From positions 12,524,001-12,588,000 of the forward strand of contig OY740805.1 of assembly GCA_963514005.1 (NCBI GenBank): a stretch of DNA of 64,000 nucleotides, written 5' to 3'. Positions 38,301 through 50,300 of the stretch are shown one piece after another (the first letter of the stretch is position 1; each line of letters opens with the position of its first letter). The stretch comes from Raja brachyura (taxonomy: Eukaryota). Below the pieces are notes generated by a model. That model saw nothing but the letters and a program-made list of their open reading frames with translations, ran no database searches and was not told the DNA's origin. The translations under genes were made by a program, and so were the position numbers.

Positions 38301-41300
38301 GTGGAGGGGTCACGTTGGAGGTGGCGAAACTGGCGGAGGACTATCTGTTGTATGTGCTGGCTGGTGGGGTGAAAGGTGAGGACCAGGGGGACTCGGCCCT
38401 TGTTGTGAGTGGGGGAATGGGGAGAGAGGGCAGTGTTGCGGGGTACGGAGGAGACCCTGGTGCGAGCCTCATCTATAGTGGGGGAGGGGAAACCCCGTCC
38501 TCTGAAGAACGAGGACATTTGCGATGACCTGGTGTGGAACACGTCATCCTGGGAGCAGATGCGGCGTAGACGGAGGAATTGGGAATAGGGGATGGAGTCC
38601 TTACAGGAAGCAGGGTGGGAGGAAGAGTAGTCCAGGTAGCTGTGGGAGTCAGTGGGTTTGTAGTGGATGTCAGTCAGGAGTGTATCACCTGCAATAGAGA
38701 AGGAGATAGGCGACGTTTCGGGTCAAGACCCTTCTCGGCCGTGGGGGGAGCTTTAAATAGCGGGAGCGAGGCGGCGATTAGATGTGAGGTTTAGTAAGAT
38801 CAGTCTAAGTGGGACCTATTGGGTCCCAGTCACCACCAAAGATTATAGGGGCACCATGGGGCGGGGGATGGATGGATTGTGGGAGGGGTGTATGTATGCA
38901 GGGTGTATGCATGCGAGGTGGGTATGTGTGGGCAGAAGGGTGAGTGTGGGCGGGGTTGTGTGGGAGAGGGTGTATGTGGGCAAGGGGAGGGTTATGAGGG
39001 GTGCGTGGCGAAGGGAAGGGACGGGGGAGAGGGAGGAAAGGCAAGGTAGAGCCAAGGGGAAGAGTGCAATATTATGGGGGAGTAGGCTCAATCAGCATGG
39101 CTTGTGGACTCAGCCCTGCCTCCGTGGACTTTAATCTCCTCGCGCCCCCCCCCCGGTGATTAAGAGCGGGTGCCGGATAGAGCGTGATTGACAGGTGAGA
39201 AGACCAATCTGCTGTTCTCACAATTTTTTTAAAACTTTCATAACTTTTGTAATCTTCCACTGATCAGAATACAACTTGGTGCGCTTGGAGCAGAGGAGAA
39301 CGGTGAGTGAGGTGGTGAAAAACCTCTAGTGATATAGGGTACCATTTTTGCGCAATTAAAAAAAAGCAAACCGGAAGAGGACAAGATGAGAGTTTTAATA
39401 ATAGTATAGATAGATAGATGTGGATAGATAGATAAGGTGGGGTTGACGTGTGAGGTTTATTTGAGAGCTAAGCCTCCATTAATCTTTGATTTACATAAAT
39501 GTTTTTTATTTATTCTATGATTCTTGTAATCCCAGATGAAAATTGTAACAGTGGAGTCTACTTTTAAAAAAAAAAAGATTTTGGAATATATATCGGGATT
39601 GACTGAAATAAGTACAATAATTGTGGCAGAAAGATCATTTTTATAGCATTAATTCTACCGAACATTGAAATAGGAAGTGTTTTCCACTATTGAATATTCT
39701 TATTTAGTTTATTCAGTAAAGGTGGGAAATTTGATTTAAATAAAGAAGTATACGCCTTAGTTACATAAATACCTAGATATTTAAATTTGTCCTCAACTAT
39801 TTTAAAAGGTGATTGTTGTAGTATATGTAAATTGAGTTCCGTTATTGGCATAATTTTGCTTTTATTCCAATTAATTCTATATCCTGAGTACTGACCGAAT
39901 TGAGTTATTAGATTTAATACATTTGGAATACTAATTTCTGGCTTTGTAATATATATTAATACATCATCTGCATATAGAGACATTTTATTCATTGTATCTT
40001 TAGTATTATACCCATGTATTTCTGGATGAGATCTGACATTTTCTGCGAGTGGTTCAATTGCTAAAGCGAATAATAATGGAGATAACCGGCATCCTTGTCT
40101 ACAACCCTCTAGAAAGATTAAATTTAGTTGATAACATTTGGTTTGTTAGTATTCTAGCTGTTGGGTTAGAGTATAAATGTTTAACCCATGTACAGTACTT
40201 CTCTCCCAGTTTAAATTTTTCCATCACTGAAAATAAATATGACCATTCTACTTGATCAAAGGCTTTTTCAGCATCTTGCGAAATAATTGCTAGATCTGCG
40301 TTAGCAATTCTATTTGAGTATATAATATTAAATAATCGTCTCAGATTGTAAAATGAGTGACATTTTGGGATAAAACCTGTTTGGTTGGGGTGTATTAATT
40401 TGTTAATCACTAAGCTCAATCTATAAGATAGGATTTTAGTTAATATTTTCTGATCAGTATTTAGAAACATAGAAACATAGAAAATAGGTGCAGGAGTAGG
40501 CCATTCGGCCCTTCGAGCCTGCACCGCCATTCAATGTGATCATGGCTGATCATCCAACTCAGTATCCCGTACCTGCCTTCTCTCCATACCCCCTGATCCC
40601 TTTAGCCACAAGTGCCACATCTAACGCCCTCTTAAATATAGCCAATGAACTGGCCTCAACTACCTTCTGTGGCAGAGAATTCCAGAGACTCACCACTCTC
40701 TGTGTAAAGAATGTTTTCCTCATTTCGGTCCTAAAGGAATTCCCCCTTATCCTTAGACTGTGACCCCTTGTTCTGGACTCCCCCAACATCGGGAACAATC
40801 TTCCAGCATCTAGCTTGTCCAACCCCTTAAGAATTTTGTAGGTTTCTATAAGATCCCCCCTCAATCTTCTAAATTCCATCGAGTACAAACCGAGTCTATC
40901 CAATCTTTCCTCATATGAAAGTCCTGACATCCCAGGAATCAGTCTGGTGAATCTTCTCTGTACCCCCTCTATGGCAAGGATGTCTTTCCTCAGATTTGGA
41001 GACCAAAACTGTACGCAGTACTCCAGGTGTGGCCTCACCAAAACCCTGTACTACTGCAGTAGAACCTCCCTGCTCCTATACTCAAATCCTTTCGCTATGA
41101 ATGCTAGCTATGAATTTAATAGAGCTATTGCTCTATATGAGGCGGGGTCTTCCAGATCCTTATCAGTTTTAGGTATAAGTATTATTGTAGATTCGTTTAA
41201 AGTTTCCGGGAGTTGATGTTGAGTATAAATGTGTTTATACAGTGTTTGTAAGCGTGGAGAAATCAGATCATCAATTTTTTAATAAAATTCAGAACGTAGG

Positions 41301-44300
41301 CCATCAGGGCCTGCAGCCTTTCCATTTTTTAAAGATCTAATTGACTCTTTGATATCTTTTGTCGTTATTTCAGCTCCTAATAATTCTTGCTCTTGCAAAT
41401 CTAAGCCTTTAAGTTTACATTTCTGTAAAAATGCTTCCATTCCTGTTGATTGTTCTGCCACTTTAGTTGAATAAAGATTTTAATAGTATTGTGAAAATCT
41501 GTCATTAATATCTTTGGGGAGTGTTAGTATTTCTCCCTTATCTGATCTAATCCTATGAATCGTTTTTTCCCCGTCCAGTTTACGAAGCTGGCGTGCTAAT
41601 AGTTTTTGTGGTTTATCACCAAATTCAAAATTGAATTGTTTTGTGTGTTGATAAAGTTTTATTACTTGGTCAGAGTATATTTTATTTAACTTATATTTCA
41701 GTGCTGCTATTTTGTTATGTGTTGCCAATGAAGGTGCTCCTGCATTTTCTATGTCTAATTGCCTTATTTCCATTTCCAATCTCTGTTGTTTAGCTCTATT
41801 CTCTTTATTAAGAAATGCATGAGAAGAAATCAATGCCCCTCTTATAAATGCTTTAAATGTTTCCCAGAGAAGGGAAGCAGAGATTTCAGGCTGGTCATTA
41901 ACCTCGAAAAACATATTAATCTGTTTTACAAGATATTCACAACATACCTGTTCCTTTAAGATTTGAGGATTAAGTCTCCATTGTGTCTGTTTCTTGTCCA
42001 TTCCGTTCAGTTTAATCATAAACGTTAATGGAGCATGATCCGAAATTATGATGTTATGATATTGCGACTTGTAAGTAAATGGAATTAGTTTAGAGTCTAC
42101 TGAAAAAATAGTCTATCCTTGAATATGTTTTATGCACAGGTGAGTAAAATGAATATTCTCATCCGGATGGGTTTTCAATTCTCCAAACATCCTTAATATT
42201 GGTATTATTTATATATGAGTTTAAAAATTCACTTGACATAGATTTTGATTTTCTTTGAGTTGATGATCTATCTAAATATGGATCTAGTGTACAATTTAAG
42301 TCGCCACCAATTATTAAATTATTTTGTGTGCATTCCGGAATGATATTAAGTATTCTCTTGAAAAACAGTGAACTATCAAAATTTGGTCCATATACATTAA
42401 GGAGAGTCACTTTTCTTTAGTATAATTCGCCTACTACTATGATATATGTACCATCAGTATCGTCTATAGTTGATATATGTTTGAAAGTATACCTTTACGG
42501 ATTAAAATTGCGACCCCTCTAGATTTATGTGTGAATGAGGAATGATACGTTTGAGCAATCTATTTTGTTTTCAGTCTATATTGCGCTTCCTTTTTAAGGT
42601 GAGTCTCTTGGAGGAAAATGATGTCTGTTTTAAGCAATTTTAGGTGAACTAATACTTTGCCTCTTTTAATGGGTTCATTAATTCCCTTAACATTCCAACT
42701 GCAGAATGTAATTCCTTCACCCCGCAGTTTTCCCTTTTACGTCTTATGATTCGGGTGGTCTATAATGGAGCAGATGATTCGGCACGTTAAACCGTACCTT
42801 ACACCCGGACCTCAGATAGGTGAATTTTAGATCTTGTAAGTTTTCTTCTCAGTCATATCACCTTAAATAACAATTATAATTCCATTCAAAATAACGATTA
42901 TATTGAAAATAGAAAAGATAATAGATTATTATATTAGTAAAGTGTGAAAGAAAGAAACAAACTACATCTATAATTAGTGCAGTTAGTGATAGCCACCCTA
43001 ATGTGGCTAGGCATCTAAGGACTTCCGTAGCTTTTGGTTAAAAAAAAATGTTACTAGCTCCATACTTTCCTTAAAGGAAAAACTTAAAATTCAATAAAGA
43101 GAAACATTATACAGGGGGGGGGGGAAATTATGGTTATATTCCAATAATGGAATAGTTGATAATCTCAAAGTAAAATATTAGTTTCATATGACAGAAGTAT
43201 TAGTCCATGATTAGTCTAAATAGTATCAAATATCAAGGATTAAACCTCCATTTCCTATTTTAATCAACTTACGGTTCATCCTTTTAAGTAATTCTGAATT
43301 CATCCAGTTAACTATAATTGATAATAATTAATAATGATTAGTAATAATTAGTACTATAATATTAAATATTATATAACAATAATCAATTTCATTCTAAATT
43401 CATAACTGTCCTTGAGTATAGTAATTTAAAGTTCAATTTCTTCACAGTAAAGTACCGAATCCAATATCATCACATATATATTTAATGTTTAGTATTAATC
43501 CTCATTGTCCTCTTTCGCTCTCGCCCTCGGTAATTTCAATATTCTCAATGTCCTCAATGTTCTTTGCAAATTTAAAGGCCTCTGTGTGGTTGGTGAAGGA
43601 GTATCCTTTCTTGTCGTAGGTGATTCTCAATGTTGCAGGGTACATCAATCCATATCTCGGGTTCTTTATATTCTTGAGTATTCTTCTTGTGTCTGTAAAC
43701 AATGCTCTTTTCTTGACAACCTCCGCCGGGTAGTCTCGAAATATGCTGATCTTGTCTCCTTCAAATTCAAGATATCTGCTGCGAACAATTTTCTTCATCA
43801 TGTCCTCCAAGACATGGTCATATTGCACCTTGACTATCAGTTGTCTTGGAGGGGCATCTGCCCCTGGACGGCGTCTCAGTGCTCTATCTTTCTTCAGTAG
43901 ATCTGCAGCAAATTCACAGGGGTCACGGTTCCCCTCTCTTCCTTCCCAGACGCCAATAATTCTTAGATTCTGGCGTCTCTGTCGTCCCTCCAAGTCAATG
44001 CATTTCTCGGTTATTTTATGCAATAAATCCGATAAAAGCTTGTTCTCGGAGAGAAGCTTGCTTGTAGTTTTAGAACTTATTTCAGCGATTTCCTCTAATT
44101 CGATTTCAGATTTATGTTGTTGTTCTAGTGCCTGCGAGATGGGGTCCATCTTCGAATTAAATACGGAATCCATCAGTTTCAGTTTAACATTTACCTCTTC
44201 AATCTTTTTATTTTTACATATAGTCCCCATACGAACCGGCAGAATTTTTCCTGCTGATATGGGGTTTAAATTCACCGCATCTGCAACGTTCTAATCCATC

Positions 44301-47300
44301 GCGTTCCAGAAAATTCCATTCGCAAGCTGTTTTAAAAAAAAATTAATTTATGGGCATTAATCACTGAATTCCTTCAATTTGGCCTATACATTAATGACAA
44401 ATAGATTTTAAAATCATGTTATATTGTGAATTATTGTGTGAATATTAATTGGACACTTAGGCTTTAATTTTTCTTTTATTTTTTTCTTAAGAAATGGATA
44501 GATGTTCAGATCTAGTAATTGAATGTTGTAATTAGCTACAATTGGGTTAACTAATTATATGCTTTAATTTCAGTTCATCCAAGTAAGATGGTTTCAGATT
44601 TGTTTCAGAATACTTCAAAGTTTCTTTCAGTTCTCTTAATTTTTAAGAAAGTTATGGCCTTTTAATTGTCCTCGATCACAGCTTTTGTGTTAAGTCAATG
44701 GAAAAGCAATAGGAAGCAAGTTGCTAATTTCCGAGTATGAAAATGGCCCTAACTTTTTTAATACTGAAGATATGAAAGTGAATTAGGTGTCAAATTATTC
44801 TTTTTATGCTTTATCTGATGGGATAAATTGCAGACTTGATTTTTAAAATCTCAAAATTTTGTTACATTGCTAGGCTAGATGCAGGAAGATTGTGAGACCA
44901 AGCGTAGGCTTGGCGATCGCTTCGCCCAACACCTCCGCATGGTTCGCAATAACCAACCTGATCTACCGGTGGCTCAGCACTTCAACTCCCCCTCCCATTC
45001 AGAATCTGACCTTTTGTAAGGCACGATCTCCCACATACAAAACCATGCTGTCTATCCTTAATTAGGCATCGTCCATCTACATCTTATCCCTCAGAATCCC
45101 CTCCAGTAACTTGCCTACCACAGACGTCAGCCTCACTAATCTATAGTTCCCAGGCTTTTCCTTCTTAAATTGAGGCACAACATTAGCCACTTTCCAGTCT
45201 TCTGGAACTTCACCCATGTCCAACGATGATTCATAAATCTCAGCCAGGGCTCCTGTAATTTCTTCTCCAATTTCCCACAGTGTCCTTGTAAGTATCCAGT
45301 CAGACCTGGAAGATTTATCTATCTTCATACGCCTTTGGATGTGTAGCACCTATTGCCATAGTTTGCATAAGTTGAGGACGTGATCAGAAATTAGTCTCAG
45401 TACCTTATTTCTCAGATCATACAATTTTTGACTGAACCAGCCAGAGGGCTTGCCTGTTCACAGACTCGGTGGTGAGGTCCATGAAAGCCCTGCACCTGAT
45501 CCTTAAATTTGTGTTGTTGCTGTTGGGCCCTGAAAATCAGGTCTGTTGTGCCTCTGGCTGGGCATAAGCTGCAGTGGAATTGGGGCAGGTTTTCTTCAAG
45601 CAGTGGGAAGAGTTGGTTGGAGAGAACTACAGCCGATTATCTTTCCAATAGTGACAGAAGGTTGATGCCCCTATAGCTTCCACAGTCTGTCCTGTCCCCC
45701 TTTTTATGTATGGTGACAATCCGGGAATCTAGGAAATCATTGGGTAGAATTTCATTCTGCAAGATGTTTACCATCAGTGTCCATATTCTTGTTGTTCCTC
45801 TTCTTCAGGATGGCACCTGGTGACTTCCAGTAAGATCGGAGGCTCTTCCATATTCTCCCTCATGGGGCTCTGGGCGATGCATGATACTATACGATAGAAC
45901 TTTATTTATCTCGGGAGGGAAATTGATCTGCCAACAGTCATTAAACACAAAATACATGAAATATGTTTGGAAAGGATTGGGGATGTGCAAAGATTTGGGA
46001 TTGAGGGGAAGTCAGTCTACCCCACGATAGAAGGGGGAGGAGTTGTACTGTTTGATAGCCACAGTCAAGACAGATCTCCTGTGGTCTTGGAGGGGAGGAT
46101 GCTCCATAGTTTGAGGAGCATCCTCCCCTCCAAGACCACCTCCCATGAATCCAACTCAGCCCCCAGGACGGAGCCAGCCTTCCTAATGAGTATGTTAATC
46201 CTATTGGCGTCCGCGCCCTGCAGCCCCAGCACACAACAGTGAAGAAGTTGGCACTCGCTACCACCGATTGGTAAAACATTTGCAAGTCCTCGTGGAACCA
46301 TGTCTCCGTGAAAACACATCACACTACTCTCACTGTTTTCCCTCTGGGTCCTCATTAGTGCAGCTAGCTCATCAATCTTATTAGCCAGTGATCAATGGAT
46401 TGTGCTGGAAGGCAAGTATGGCTTGTACCTCCTTTTCTCCGCACATCGTTTTACGCCCGACCGACATCCCCTGTATCTCCCCCTCCGTTCCTTGGGGATT
46501 TCTGATGTAACCCTGGTGAAGCCCGCTGGTCAGGGTGGTCAAAGCTCCAGCAGTTGATCCCTGATGTAGACAACAAGAGACCAGCTCCTAGTTGTTGTAA
46601 TGATTGTTCAGAGATACGCTGAAATAGTATCTCCCTAACGAGGAGATAAAAGGTTTCCCTACCACAACATGGTGGGGAAAAAAACAAACTAACCAAAAGA
46701 CACAAAATAAATAGGAATTAAGTAAGTAAAAATAAAGGAAAAGATGATCGACTGTTGCGTGGCTGCCGTGTGCACAGCGCAGGAAACCGGAAGCAAAAAA
46801 AGGTCCTCCATGTCAACAGTTTTTCCCCGGTTAATCAGCTCTTCAAAGTGTTCTCACCATTCATAAATGATTGCTCATCCTCCTTCAGAAGAAGTTTGTC
46901 CATCTTTTGAGCACAGACTGTTGTGCCCATGCTGGATGCGGCCATAGACCTGCACGAGATAACCACTTATGAGGTGTTTGCGCAGTAATCAACCAGAACC
47001 AGATGGCCTTGGTGGCATTGAAGAGAGCCTGGTGTCACTGAGTCCACAAGATGCTGGACCTCTCGAGATTTTATTGGTCCACTATTTGCTTTTCAGTTCC
47101 CTCATTCAGCACTGGACATTAGCCTTGGCTCTGGACTGCAGTTCCCTTTTACCCTGGCATTTGATGCGATTCTGCCAGGAACAACACGTTTTCTCTTTCA
47201 ATTTCAGTGTCATTGTCGTCACGCCAGTGCTGATGTTTTTGGTTTTGGTGCCAATGATGTTGCTGTTGGCATCAAGAATGGTTGTCTTTATCATATCCTG

Positions 47301-50300
47301 ATGCATCTCAATATCATTGGGATATTCTGTAGGTAGATTCTGATTGAGGGCAGCTTGGAAAAGTTGCTGTAACTTAATATCTTCCTGGCTTTCAATATTT
47401 TACAATCGCCCACCCTGGTTAGACAGCACCAGCCACACTCACTCCGCGAGCAGGACACACTCACTGGTGTAGAACCCCACGGTACACGGTGGTACCCAGC
47501 ACACCACCTGCTTGTAGCTGGAGCAGCAATATCGGACAGCTCGGTTTCTTCTGCAACTTTTTGTACAGTTCTAGTCACCACACACTATGAAGGATATGAT
47601 TACACTCCCGGGAGTGCAAAGGAGATTCACGGGATTTATGTTGCCTGGGTTTATGGAGATAGTGAGTTACAGTGGGAGTCATGGTGATTGGGGAGTTTAT
47701 AATGGCGAGCATCATTGTGATGGGGATATGATGGTGGGTTTACAGTGATGCGACAGATTATGGTTTGAGAGGGGTTACCGTGATTGAGGGTTATTTTATT
47801 GGTTGATGTGGGTTGACGATGATATCACGACCAAAGTTCCTGCCCCAGCCCACAACTCCAGCTCCAGGTGACATGTCCACTAACTACGGGGTTTACTGAT
47901 GGAACTCACTGCTGGTGAAGACCACAGGACAGGTGCTGGGACACAAATAAACCAGCCATTTATCAGCTTCCATTGTTGGTTGTAAACTTGCGATTGCATT
48001 TCTGCTCTGCCTGTTAGTTGTGAACTAGTCCTGGTCTCTGCTGCCTACGTTCCCCACCCACACTCATTGCATTGTGGTTTTCAGTGTCCTGTCAGCTTGG
48101 TTAACCTGTTCTCACCCTGTCTGCCCACAGTGCCCCCTCAGGCTGCCATGTACCCCGAGGATCCCGTGGAATGGGGTCAGCCCAACACCTTGATCTGTCT
48201 GGCAGACGGATTCGCACCTCCGCGCATCAACATGAAGTGGAAACGTAACGATGAGCCTGTGACCGATGGAATCAACACCACGGAGTATTACCTGAAGAGA
48301 GATTACACCTTCCAGAGGTTCACCTACCTGAGCTTCATCCCGAGCCCGGGAGACATGTACTCCTGCCACGTGGAGCACGAGGGTCTGGAGAGGCCGACCA
48401 CTGTCTTCTGGGGTCAGTATGGACCAAGCTAACGGAGCTGATATCTATGCGGGGTTGGGACTGGTTGGTGGCAGGTCCTGCATTTACCTGGTCCTGTAGC
48501 AAGGCCTCGGGTTTCTGTTCCAGCTACAAGCAGGTGGAGTTGGCTGTGCAAAACGCCAAATGATTCTGGGAAGAGAGAGAGATAGTGATAGAGGGAGGGA
48601 GAGAGAACGGAGGGAGAGTTCTATCTTCTTATCACCTCTTCTTTTGCTGTCCATTCTCTCTGCTGTACAATGAAAATTTTACTTGCACCAGAATCATAAG
48701 ATATGGGTTCTTTCACATGGGTATAAAAGCATTAATAAACTGGAGGACAGAGACATATATGACAAAAAAAATCAAATGATACATAAAAATGAATTATACA
48801 TAAATTACACTCAAAATCAAGCAAGGCTGTGCAAATAAAAACAAGTTATTAGTGAAAAACGCAATTACAGTTTGTCTCGCTGTCGCTCTTTGTCTTTCTC
48901 AGCCATTTCCCATCTCCATCTATCACTCCCGCCTCACTCATACTTGTCTGTTTTTCCCTTTCTCTCTGCTCCCCAGCTCCGTCTCTCGCCTCCTTTCACT
49001 CATCCTCTCTTGCTCCTCTCAACCCCTTTCCCTCTCTGCACCATTTATTGTTGTCCTCATTACCCCACACATGTAGAGTCTGCAAAGATCCCCTCTTCCT
49101 CGCCTGTTTCTTTCCCCATCTTTAAATGCATTGCCTACGTTTTGAGTAAGTAACATACAGAAAACTGGTTAATATATTCAAACATAACAGGATTAGAAAC
49201 AACATGAATAAACCATTACATAAAAAGGAGAAAACAGAGGGATCTTGTGAGTGGAAAAAAAAATACAGGAGATCTGGAAATCTGAAATCAGGAGATAGAG
49301 GAACAGATATGAAGGCATTTATCAGAGCTATATGTTAAAACTAGACTAGGTGGAACCCGTTGGGTCCCAGCATCACACGGGAGGGCTGGTCACCCAACGC
49401 AATATTTCACCTCTCCACCAATTCCAATATTGCTGGCCAGTGGGGAGTGGGGGCGCCCTTTCTGTTGCGCTAGTATGTGTGTTGTGGGTCGAAGGGACTG
49501 GTTTCCAGAGGGCTAGTATGAACATTGTGGGCCGAATGGATTATTGGGCAGGACGTTCAGTCACAGCGGCCAGGCAGTCACTGAGGCCTGGCAGTACAGT
49601 CACTCAGACGTGGCAGGCTGGCAGCTGAGAAACCTCCAGAAATTCTGCCCAAAACAGGTGACAGACTCTGTGTGAGAGAAGGGGGAGAGGGTGGACTGAA
49701 TGGATTATTAGACTGGCATTCAGTCACTTACGGCTGTGGGCTGGCAGTGCAGTCACTTACGGCTGGTGGGCTGGCAGTGCAGTCACTCACGGCTGGTGGG
49801 CTCTCCCACAGAGCATCCATTCCTGCCCATTAGGTTCCCATTGTGATGAAGAACACGCAGGCATGAAAAGTGGAAAAAGGATTTATTAAAGTTTAAAATG
49901 TGAATGACTCTTAAAATATAAGAACAATTTAAATGTTAAAGATGAGAATTATTAAGTTCTTTCTTGTTGTGTCTTGTGTTGTGTTCTGTTGCTGACTGCC
50001 TCTTGATGACTATTTCCTGTTGATAAAAAGAGACAATTTTAATATAGAGAGATTCACCGGTCAAGTTTTAACAAAGATAATCTCAGAATTTATCTCAGAA
50101 ATCATAATTCAACGAAGCACACCTGTAATGACAACATTATTGGTCGATGTTTCCATCCTTCAGGAAAACTTTGACATTTCCCTTCTTTCCTTGGCTAAGA
50201 CCACATATAGCTGTCCATGCTGAAATACCGGTTTGTCGAGGTAGATCAACACCTTCTGCATTGTTTGTCCTTGTGCTTTACGGATCCTCATAGCAAAACT

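Noticed and set aside
36645-48412. Alternative identity as class I, beta-2-microglobulin, class II beta or DM-alpha
   Set aside because: Single Cys-free alpha1 exon, GQPNTLIC alpha2 motif and CALGL TM are diagnostic of a conventional class II alpha chain.
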